Source: Schmidtea polychroa
Taxonomy: Eukaryota
Length of the DNA: 64,000 nt
Assembly (NCBI GenBank): GCA_044892525.1
Contig: CM097885.1
Location: forward strand, 37,264,001 to 37,328,000
Direction: 5' to 3'
A program made the translations under genes and the position numbers. Below the pieces are notes generated by a model that saw only the letters and a program-made list of their open reading frames with translations, ran no database searches and was not told the origin of the DNA. Within the stretch, counting starts at the first letter, position 1; each line of letters begins with the position of its first letter. Shown here piece by piece: positions 32,804 through 44,585 of this stretch.

Positions 32804-34770
32804 AATTTTAAGACACTTGATACCAACTATAATCAGTGATTGTCTGGTATTTTATAAACGTTAAGAGTATGTTTTTCTTTCTTTGAATAATTTAGATTAT
32901 TTGAGCTATCTTGTATTTTAAATATTTTTTTTAAATCGATTTTTTTTAATTTGTCGATATTTGTATAGCGATAGTTTACTATGGTAGTAAATTATCGCTA
33001 TATAGAATTTTTATTCTTGGCCATTGCGACCTACACTCCATAAAATAACAAGGCGTCGCAAAACCTTGTTCAAAAATAAATAGAATATATAACCGTACAT
33101 TACAGCAGGTAAGTTCGATATATTTTGCCTATTTGTTTATTTTAAATAAATCTTTTCGAATTTAATTTTTGTATTTTCGCTTTTGATGCTTTTATAATTT
33201 ACTTTTTGTGATTTTATCTAAGTTAATTTTTATTTTAAATTCCTATTTTCATAGTTAAGTTAAATTTTATTTCAATCTATTTAATTTTCTTACTACTACA
33301 ATTTTTATTTTAAAATGTCTTTTTACCCCAATTGAATTTTATTTTTATAAATTTCAAATTCTAGTTTTCCTGTTTACCCAATTTTTCGTTTTTGTTGTTA
33401 AAGTCAGAAATTTTCCGAGTGCAATCTATTGTTATTTGAGCATGGTTTTTCGGCAACAATAAATTTTCGAACTATATTATTACGAATTTATTATGATTAT
33501 TTGGTTGTGGTTTTTCCGATCAAAGAAATGTAAAAGATATCCCGGCTGAGCCCCAAAAAATCATGTTGGTTACTTAGGGATGTGTCATTTTATATTTTAA
33601 ATACGTCAGGGGTAATTTAGATATTCACTCGACTCTTTCCTAAGCACCTCCATGACTATTGCACCTTAAACCATTTGTGTACCCATGGCGACGACCATGT
33701 TGGTAAAGGCAAAAAAACAATGAGCAGGTGAGCTCTATTGCTAAAACTACTCCCATTGTATTTTCTCTTCGGGTTCTAGACGGCCGATAGAAGGTCTTAC
33801 GTCATGAATTATTTTCTATTTCTGCTTTCTACTTTTCTATTTTATTCAGCTATGGTCCTCATTTTTGGATGTTTTCTATTGTTTCTTTTCAAAATTTTGT
33901 GCAGGGATGCGCCCTTAATTTTCTGTCGTAAATCATTATGTGTTTTCTATAATAAATGTCGATAAATGACGTTCTATATTTTTGGCGGGTCTTGTGGAAA
34001 ATGTGACATAATTCTTCAAAAAATTGAGTAGGGGTCTGCCTTTATTCCCAATTTAATAAACCTGTTTCCACACTTCTCATAAAAATTTTGAGCAGGGATC
34101 CACCTGTATTTCTAATCCTGAACTATCGGGTATCTTAACTATTTGTGGTTTCTATAAGATTGCCTAAACCTACTTTGTCTACCGACAACTGGAAATAACT
34201 ATCCTATTACTTCCCCTAACTCAGAAATATCTATGAAAATAAATGTGGCTGAGCCGTCCTATACTATCTAACTCTAAATAAGGCCCTAAAATATCGCAAA
34301 TTGATTTTACCCTCTCCAGCCGTTCATATCCCTATCAATATCCCCTACCCCGATGGACCCAACTGGCGAAACATCTGTCGACTAACAGCACGTAGTGCCG
34401 CCCGTCCACAAACCTTCCCCAGCCCAGAGCATCGATACATAATTTCATTGAAAACCCAACCTATTTTATATTATTATCCAAAAAGGACAAAAATAGCATA
34501 GACAAAACTCAAGAATCAGGTAAAAACAAATCCAATTAAAAATTTTATTCAATCCTACAAATTACATTTTATATCATGTAAATTTGCCATTAATAAAATC
34601 AAACTCATCTTACTCCTATTAAAATATTATTCCAAGTTAAAATTAAAATGAACAGACACAAAATTAGCCAAACAAATTCAATTACTAAATCCTAAAAATT
34701 ACATATTAATTCATATAAATTTATTATTAACATAAAGTTAACAAAAATCAAATTTACCTCACCACGCATA

Positions 34771-35727
34771 TGTTGAGGATACCTAAATAATAATTCATAA
34801 AGAAATAAATAAAATTACCTGAGGGAAGATCGCCATGACAAACGGGACGATCGATAGAGATTCAGAAAAGAAAACGGAAGTGAAAAGAAATCAAAAATGA
34901 GAAAGGAAAAGGAAATAAAAGCTATCAAACAGGAAAATAAAAATCAAGGTCAGTACTAATTAATTAGTACAAAAAGGAAAAAGGAATTTTGAAATCAGGG
35001 GAAAAGGAAAACAACAATATCCTTATCTCGACAGCTTGCCGGTGATAATAGAATTGATGGGAGAAGGCGGTCGAACAAGAAAGGAAAAAGGGAAAAACAA
35101 CTTGACAGCTGTCAGAGATAAAAATGGGACAGTCGGGGAAAGCAGGAGAGGGAAAGTGGAAAAACACTCAATTATCTGGAGTGCCACAAGCAAAAACAAC
35201 TATATAAAGAAAACTGGTGGACGAGAAATCAGAATAGATTGGGAACAGATTGAAAATAGATTGGGAACAGATTGAGAATAGATTGGGAACAGATTGAGAA
35301 CAGATTTAGAGGCAAAAGTGGAGTAAAATTAGAGACGACAGCGTAAAAAGAGGAATCAAAGCAGAGTGAAAAGAGAAGTGACAAGAATCTTTTATAAAAT
35401 TGAATATAAAGTAGAAGTGGAGTAAATAAGTTGTGTGGTCAAAGCAAATAGAACAATCGATCAATATATCCTGTAATTGAGTAGTTGACGGCTAGTGATT
35501 ATTGTTGTGGTTACAGAAAGGGCTATTCTTCACGTAGTGTCGAAATAAGCTCTGTGTGGTGAATTGGTTTATAGTCAATTGGTTGTAATTGAAATTTGTA
35601 CTATTACGTGTGGATATTAATAAAGCTTATTGTGTTCGAGTGTTGAATTGCGATTTAATAAACACGCTTTGGAGCCAGATTAAAGGTTTGAATTTACAAA
35701 TATTGTCACCAACTATATAACCCAACA
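34771..35727 (+). mobile_element. Solo LTR (957 bp)
   Basis: TGTTG...CAACA termini, 4-bp TSD CATA on both sides, internal 22-bp tandem repeat (~35235-35305), AATAAA motifs near the 3' end. Confidence 0.8.
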
Positions 35728-36278
35728 CATACATAAAACTGACAGTCGAGAGCTACGGGATTTGAATTGTCTACTGTATCGATTTTCAGTTAACCAGTTG
35801 TGTGAAAAATAAAATTTTACTCAGTATTTATACTGATTGAATTATACGCCTACGCATTCTCTGCTACTATATCCAATTAGAATGCGAGGCAATTATGATT
35901 AATTTTTGCATGCATGCATGAATGTGTGCTATTGTTTAATTTTTAATTTAATTAATTTAATTAATCAAAATTCTATTTTTTATTAATTTTTAAGATTTAT
36001 TTTTATAATTCTATAATTTAAATAGTTTTTGCTAATTTTAATTTAGTTTTACCAGTTTTTATAATTTAAATAAGTTTAGTTAGTTTTTTAGTTTCATTAA
36101 TTTAAACAATTTGGTTTTATAAGTTTTATAATTTAAATAATTTTATTGGTTTCATTTTTTGTTTTCATTAAACAATTTAGTTTTATAAATTTTATGGTTT
36201 ATCTAATTTTACTACTTTTATTCTACTTTTTATCATTTTATCCGTTTACTAGATATTTTATTTTAAATTTTACATTTA

Positions 36279-36504
36279 CCGTATATTTCGGCGTATAAGG
36301 CGACCGTCAGATAAGACGAGGTACAAAATTAGAGCAAATTTTTATGATTTATCATATATCGGTTGTAGTAGTATAAATACAACTAGTATAAATACAACTA
36401 CCTGTACTGTAATAGTTTCTTTTATATCGGTGTATAAGACGACCCACAATTTTCAAGGGTGATTTTTTGACTTTAAGGGTCGTCTTATACGCCGAAATAT
36501 ACGG
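36279..36504. mobile_element. Tc1/mariner-pogo type MITE
   Basis: TIR CCGTATATTTCGGCGTATAAG / CTTATACGCCGAAATATACGG, TA TSD. Confidence 0.92.
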
Positions 36505-36825
36505 TATATATTTAAAAATTTTCCATATTATTAATTAATTTATTACCAATTATTTATTTATTATTATTTTAATTTTTAGTTGTTAGATATTCCGAATGTG
36601 ATATTTCTCCTAATGGTGTTAGTGATTGCGACCTTTATTTGCGTTCCTTTATTTTATTACCCGGGTCTTATTTATCATCCATGTGTTATGTACTTTAGTT
36701 TGTATTGATTGGTGTTTTAATTTAACTTGGTGCGATTTTTATGTTATATATTTTTGATTCATTAAAACAAGCTCTCGATTCTCGGTTCTAGCTCAATAAA
36801 ATTAATATTTTTTAAAAATAATAAT

Positions 36826-37010
36826 ATGACCTTGATGAGTCATCGCGATGAATCACATGACCTTGAGAATGACCTTGGATGAGTCATGCGAGCTTAAAAT
36901 GCCCTTGATGAGTCATGCTCTTTGTATAAATGAACCTGAAATTTTTTTTACCCTTTATGAGTCATCGGACGAGTCATGCTCTTTGTTTCAATGACCTTGA
37001 TGAGTCATGC
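36826..37010. repeat. Cluster of TGACCTTG / ATGAGTCAT motifs
   Basis: At least five GAGTCAT and four TGACCTTG copies; same motif family at 41576-41815. Confidence 0.8.
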
Positions 37011-37104
37011 CTTTCTTTAAAATTTGACTTTGAAAAATTTTTTAAAGTTTCTGCCGGGGTGTGTGTGCTAGCGTGCCCTGTGCCAGCGGTGCCCAATCCA
37101 TCTA

Positions 37105-37534
37105 CTGTTAATAAATATTAATTACCGAGGACAAGTTTCTATTAAAGTTATACGAAATATGAGATTTCCAAAAGGAAAGCCTCAACAAATTGTAGATAGA
37201 AATGATGATTATACGATAATATTTTTCAAGACAGGAAATTGTCGAATAGTGGGTTGTAAGAAATATCTTGAGAGTATACATTATAATATTAAAGATGTTC
37301 AACTTCAATCGTGTACAATCACTATCAACATCAAACAAAGAATTAATTTGCAATATTTGTCAAGGAAAACAAAGTGTTCCTGGATTGCGACTCGAATTTT
37401 ATAATCCATTGTGTGTAAATATATTTTCTAGTGGGAAAATAGTTGTACTTGGATTAAAAACTCTAAATTACGATTGGATTGTCACCAAAATTATAAAAGA
37501 TATAAAAGATTTGATTGGTTCAACAAAAATATAA
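37105..37534 (+). pseudogene. Compact intronless TATA-binding-protein-like relic
   Basis: Two TBP-like half repeats: TIIFFKTGNCRIVGCK and INLQYL...PGLRL...VNIFSSGKIVVLGLK. Frameshift/deletion at ~37375 where EPELF is expected. Confidence 0.65.
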
Positions 37535-38324
37535 ATATTGTTAACTTTAACAATCGTTTCATTTTACAATGACTCAACTTCCGAATATCGGTAATATTTC
37601 ATTTTATCATTTATTTTATTTAGTATAGAATATAAGATTGAGCTTCTTATTAATAAAATGGTTGAGATTTATCCTGAAATCAAAGATGTTATTATGAATT
37701 GTGCTCCAGAAATCGCACCCAACAAAATATTTCAAGCAACCGGAATCAATATAGAACGTGTCATTTATCATCACAAATTTATAATGTACGGTTATGAAAA
37801 ACAAACTCAATTACTCAAAATTTCGTTCTGTCAATACAACTGTCAAGAATGTATTAATTACATATGAAAACAAACAATAAATATTCTGGTAAATGAATTG
37901 TATAAATATCAACAAGAATAACATTATAATTATTTAGGTTTTTAATAAATGTTTCATTGTATTGAAATGTTTCATGAATTGAAATAAAAATTATTTGAAA
38001 ATAATTCATAATTTTTAAATTTCCCGCACAAATATTTTATTTTTAAACAAAGATTCGAGATCTCTGTTATGAATTACATCTAAAACAAAAATATTTGTAT
38101 TAATAACTCTTCATGTGGGCTCTATATATTTAAAAATTAGTTTATTTAAACAAAAATTCATATTTCGCGCAATAATCTTAGACATTTGAACAAAGATTCG
38201 ACATCTCCATTGAAAACTGATAAGGAAAGTTTAAAGTCCCGTTAAAATATCTCAATTTTTCGATGAACTATCATAAATAAGTAGGATGAAAATATTTCAA
38301 AGTCCATTCGGACATAGCCGAATT

Positions 38325-38770
38325 TTTGAGAATTATCGATTGATTTTACATTTTCTTAATTCCTAGGAGAACCAAAAAACTTTTCGAGAATTTTATTAAG
38401 AAAGTTTCTTAGTTGAATCAAGACGCAACTTTTTTTATGAAGGATGTCTCGACTAATTATGTCGCGTTCTCAAGATAGCCAAAAAATATTGATTGATTAC
38501 ATTTTCTAAATTCCTAGGAGAACCAAGCAAATTTTCGAGAATTTTATCAAAAAAGTTTCTTAGTTGAATCAAGACGCAACTTTTTTTATGAAGGATGTCT
38601 CGACTAATTATGTCGCGTTCTCAAGATAGCCAAAAAATATTGATTGATTACACTTTCTAAATTCCTAGGAGAACCAAGCAACTTTTCGAGAATTTTATCA
38701 AAAAATCCTGTTAGTTGAATCAAGGCGCAACTTTTTATGAAGGTTGTCTCGACTAATTATGTCGCGTTCC
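38325..38770. repeat. ~3 tandem copies of a 151-bp unit
   Basis: TTCCTAGGAGAACC at 38360, 38511 and 38662. Confidence 0.92.
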
Positions 38771-40074
38771 TCTAGTTCCAAAAATGTTCCTTGTCTATCG
38801 AAAACAAATCTTTTCAAAATATTTTGTAAGAATTATTGTTTGTCATCAAAGAATACATCTTTGTCGTGTAGGATGTCTGGAGAAAATATGGTTTCAACAT
38901 TAAGAATAACCGAAAACACCTCTGACTTAAATTGCACTTAAAAATCAATAAAATTTTATTTAGAAAGTCGCCAAAAAATTTGACCTTGAAAAAAAATGAT
39001 GGGGGGCAGCTCGATAACTCATATGGCGGGAATTTAAAATTTTAAAATTTTAAATTATACTGAGTTTCGAACGTGATTTTAACCGTCTTTTTCAAAAGTT
39101 ACGAAAATGGTTTCTTCAACAAAATGTACTTCACTCAAAGGTCTAACATTTTACAAAGGTTCTGGAACCTAGCGCCATTTAAGGTACAAAAAAAATTTGG
39201 TTTTTGTATTTTTGACCATTTTCCAATAAATATTTGAACAAGTCGTGGTCAGTAAAGTTGTAGGGCTTGTAATTCTCCCTATTTACAAAAAGAAAATTTC
39301 CAAATATCTCAAAAAATCTTTTTCTAGTCAAGGTTTTTCTCTTTGAAAAATTTTAATTTTTCGCCAAAAAAAATCTTGAAGAGATGAAAAAATGTTGTGG
39401 TTAGCAAATATGTAGGTGACGTCACCCTCTATATTTTAGTTGAAATAATATTTTGAAAATCTCAAACTCCCGCGCTACAGTGAGATAAAACAAAAAAGTA
39501 AAACTTCACTTTTAAATCAATATTTGCACTTTTAAATAAATACATGAATTTCTATTGTGAAAATTTTTCCCTTAAAAATCAATAAATGCACTTTAAAATG
39601 AATAAAAATAAAAAAATTTAAAAATCAATAATCGCGACTTGACCTTGAAAAAAATTAGGGAGGTATGGGTAGGGGCCTCTGTTGCTAACCAGTGCGCAGT
39701 AACTAATGGTGGCGTAAGGGTCTTACATCTACCTACTCTTTACTGACATAATTGAAAACTTCGCCATGAGAAAAGTTCGCAAGTGTAGGTTCTAGGTTGA
39801 AATATATAGTCTAATAATAAATATTTTAATGAAGAATGAATTCATTAAACTTTATATGAATTAAACTTACTTCTATTTAATTTTTTTTTTAACTCTGCCT
39901 TACAAGTTACAGTCTTACATTAGCGGCTAGCTATCATTTTATATGGACGCTGAACTGGAGCGCGCCCCAGTTTGAATTGCAGCCAGCCCCGTGCAAGCTT
40001 AATCCGCCCCTGCTGGAACATGTCCTTATAATAATAATATTTATGTGAAAAATAATAAAATTATAAAAAAATAA

Positions 40075-40170
<96 letters not shown>

Positions 40171-40180
40171 TATTATTATA
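40075..40180. repeat. (AAT)n microsatellite
   Basis: Read directly from sequence. Confidence 0.98.
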
Positions 40181-40398
40181 ATAAACTTTGTCATTTTTGT
40201 CATTTTGATATATTATTTAGTATATTCTTAGGAAATTTAACAAGAAACATGTTCATTTGAATAACATTCAACAAATTTATATTCAATTTATGCATGTTTG
40301 ATAGGAAAACATCATTATTTTAGAAATCGATTCATAGTTATATTTTTAAAATATTATATCTTTTTAAGGGTACTGCTCACATACAACATCTCACAAGG

Positions 40399-40706
<308 letters not shown>

Positions 40707-40951
40707 GAAGATATTTACAAAGTATTATTTATATTATTTCAAATATTTAAATAGAAATATAGCTGAATTCTTAGGTAATATATTTAATTAATGAATATCA
40801 GTATTTTGATATATACAACAAATAAATCAATAAAGAAATTAGCATATTGTAAGTTCTTATATATACTCAAAGTTTATCCGACAAGATATTTTGTCCTCCT
40901 TGTGGGTACTACTCACAAGGGTACTGGTCGCAAGGGTATATTAATATTAAT

Positions 40952-41348
40952 CAGTGCTCGAAGTGGAACAAAATATGTGCCGGGATAGGCATGCTGTGGC
41001 AACCGGGATTCCAGGCTTTTATGCAGAAATTTTCAGTTGGGGGTGTTGCAAAACTTTGGGGGGTGTCCACCCATTTAATCGTAAGTTTCAGAATATACCT
41101 ACCTATCCATTACTGCTGCTTGGGAAATTCTTAATTGAATAGAGAATAGAGAATAAAGAATATATATATACATACATATATGGATGTACTATGTGTGACC
41201 TTAATTGCAGTATTTGTGTGCCTATAAAATGAAATAAGTACCGGGATAAACCTATAGATTATATGAAATGAAGTGCCGGGATGCTATTCCGCCTACATAA
41301 TCAATGCCGGGATAATATCCCGGCTATCCCGCCTCACTTCGAGCACTG
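40952..41348. mobile_element. hAT-type MITE
   Basis: TIR CAGTGCTCGAAGTG / CACTTCGAGCACTG; 8-bp TSD ATATTAAT; subterminal CCGGGAT repeats. Confidence 0.93.
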
Positions 41349-41473
41349 ATATTAATTAGTAAATTAAGCCACTTGTATATTAGTTAGAAATTCTTAGGTA
41401 ATTTAGTGAAAAATATTTCTATTTGGGTAATATATTTCGTGAATATTTTAAAAAATAATAATATTACATTGAA

Positions 41474-41474
<1 letters not shown>

Positions 41475-41549
<75 letters not shown>
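41475..41549. repeat. (AAT)n microsatellite
   Basis: Read directly from sequence. Confidence 0.97.
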
Positions 41550-41575
41550 TCTTTGTTCTAGTGGAGTCCTGTTTT

Positions 41576-41815
41576 ATGAGTCATTGTCTTTGTTCTAAAA
41601 AATAGATGATGATTCGTGTGATGAGTCATTGTATTTGTTCTAAAAATAAATGATGCATTGCCTTTGTTCTCTAAAGTAGGTGAGTCTTTGTTTAAATGTC
41701 TTTGTTTGAAAAAGGATGAGTCACATGTCCTCGAATGACTTTGGTGAGTTATCAATGAGTCACGTGACATCGTTACTAAAAATAGAATGACCTTGATGAG
41801 TGATCGATGAATCAT
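41576..41815. repeat. Second cluster of ATGAGTCA / TGACCTTG motifs
   Basis: Several TGAGTC(A) copies immediately upstream of the pPolB relic. Confidence 0.75.
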
Positions 41816-41874
41816 AGAGCCATAAAAAAAATTTAATTAAAAAAGGGGATGGGTTTAGGGAGCACACTTCCTTC

Positions 41875-42810
41875 TACTAATTACGTTCTTCATTGGAGGC
41901 TTCTGGCCACATTTATTAATTTAGTTGTAAAAGTTATAAATATTTATAGGGCAATAAAATTCACCCAATCTAAAATTTTTAAAAATTATATACATATAAA
42001 TACTACACTAAGAGCCGCATCAAGTAATAAACTTGACAAAAATTATTTTAAATTATTAAATAATAGTCTCTATGGCAAGACCGTAGAGAATCTTAAAAAA
42101 CGAATTAATTTGCGTCTATGTAATAATTTGACAAAAATTATTAACATATACATCCAAACCAGCGTTTAAAAAATCAAACAGGATTCACGATAACCTCATA
42201 TTTATTTTGTCGAGGCAAGATTCATTGATTTTCATTGGTTACATTGGTCAAACCGTACTACATCTGTCTAAACTCCGAATGTATCAATTACAATATGAAG
42301 ATCTCCAAAAATATCGCATTGAATTTAATTGTGATATAAATATTGTAGCTGGGGACACTGAATCCTTCTTCTTGGAAATTAAAAATCTGTCTTTAAATAC
42401 TCTTTTACCGGCGATGGTTAGGGATCAATTATTAGATATGTCGAACTATGACCCTAGTCATCCATTATACAGTAGAAACCTGGATTTGATAATAGGTAAG
42501 TTTAAGGATGAGAATAAGGAACCACTATATGATGAAATGGTGCTTTTGAGAGCCAAATGTTATAGCTTGTTAGGGGACAAGAAGTGTTTGAAAGCGAAAG
42601 AGTCTGTATTAATGATAATACAATGAATCATTAGTCATATCTTGTTTGTTACTTGAATGATAGGATTTTTACTGTCCCACAGTTTAGGATAACAAGTAAA
42701 AATCACTAGTTTTATTCTTTAAAGAGAATAAGAGGGGACTAACTAGCTTTGACGATAAAAGATATTGGATAGAAAAAAATAAGAGTCTTGCATGTGGACA
42801 CTATAGGATG
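41875..42810 (+). pseudogene. polB: Degraded C-terminal part of a pPolB from a different Polinton family
   Basis: NYVLHWRLL, YFKLLNNSLYGKTVEN, YIGQTVL.LSKLRMY, AGDTESF, IGKFKDE, LRAKCYS, FDDKRYW, GHY. Several frameshifts and stops; clearly divergent from the 15627 copy. Confidence 0.88.
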
Positions 42811-44372
42811 CGTGACACAGTTATATTTGAAGATGTTCCTGATCCTCCACATTCTCTAGATGGTAACGAAGATGGGCAGGAACATGATTATTTCGCCTGG
42901 ATAAATGGTATAGTAATAATATTATTATGATTATTATTATTATTAATTTTTTTTAGATCCATCCAGCGAGGTTTAGACCACCCATGGGTTAAGTCTAACG
43001 AAATACAGGGTGCAACCATAAGCACTCCCAGAAAGCGGGGACGACCGCGTAAGGTACTCCCCAACGAGTGAAGCCCACGACAATTATTGCTACTGGTTAT
43101 CAGGAACTCGAACCGACAATTCTGACGCTATTGTTATACCGGCATAGCTTAATTTTTCTGTGTTGATTAATTTATTAGTTTTGTTCGCTTGTTAAATTTT
43201 TGGTACGTATGCTTCGGGCTGTGTTTGCGGGCTAATTGTTTTTTTGGGCACGTAGGCTTCGGGATCACTAGAGCCATAATAACTTTTAACAAAGGATGTT
43301 TAGGCTTTAGTGTCGGGTTATAAAGGAGGTAGGAAATCGACGGAGATTCAATGTATGAAGGTACCGAGTATAGTCGAAGAAGAAGAACCGAAATCCTGGT
43401 AATTATCTATAGGGGCGCGGGACGCCCGGAATTATTAATTTTCTTTTACCGTAATCGCAAATAAATAACTAGATTAATTGTTCGAAACACTAAAAATTAA
43501 CTAATGTTATGCGATTGTTCTTTATTTTTCAGTGTTAAAATTAATGGAAAACCTGCGCCAAGATCGCGTACGGGCACAACAACAAGTGGAGGAGTTGCGA
43601 GCAAAACTCGTCAAATTCAAGGTACGGTGTCGAGAATTGGATGGCACGTGGTTTTGTCCCGTGCATTGACTTATGGAAACCATCAATTTATGCCTCAGTT
43701 GAAGAATATTTAACTTTCAATTATCGTCACTAACTATATTCGCCTATTATCTTGACGTTGGCATATATTTGCTCAGTCGATCTCTGTGTAATCTGCAATT
43801 ACTCCGAAGCAGAAGAATTTGACTTATTCTCTCTAGAGTTAAGTTACTTCAATTTAGACTTTAGACACTAATCTCATCTACGTTCACCTATGTGTCACAC
43901 TCACTGAAACAAGTCTTTACGGGGAAGGAGCTCCATGTGATGACACCATGTGTGTCATGGGCTTCTTCTTCGGGCCAGTAGATGACTTCCCGAGCAATAA
44001 AGGGGTGCACTTTTAAAGGTCAACTGCCTTCGTTACCATAAGTCCTCATCCACCTTTCCACATCTGGAATTTTGGACTTCCTCAAAAAATGAATCGGAAA
44101 ATTATAAATCGGATCTGATTGAGAAAATCAAACAAGAATGATAAATTGTACATAAAATAATATTAGTATACATATCTTTTGTGCTTAGTTTGTGATACGA
44201 ATTAAATACTGTAGTGTACTATCATATTATATTTCTTTTTTATTATAATTAAGTAATTCTGATTAAGAATTACAAAAATTAGTTCACTTTTTGTATTGTT
44301 GTGTTTATTGTGCCAAATTAAATAAATAGAACTATATAGTGTAATTCACTATACCAAATAATTTATATAGGT

Positions 44373-44585
44373 CAGTGTTTCTCAAACTATGGGTCGCGAC
44401 CCATTTTTGGGTCGCGAAAGAATTTTTGGTGGGTCGTGATGACTTATGGAAAGATCTACAAATATAAATTTTGGAAGTTTAAGCCTTTTAAATTTATTTA
44501 ATCTTTGTCATGTGGGTCGCAATAAAATTTTTGGCATGAAATGTCAAAAATTTGGGTCGTGATCAAAAAAGTTTGAGAACCACTG
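44373..44585. mobile_element. hAT (Charlie/Buster-type) MITE
   Basis: TIR CAGTGTTTCTCAAACT / AGTTTGAGAACCACTG; 8-bp TSD ATATAGGT; GGGTCGCG subterminal repeats. Confidence 0.94.
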
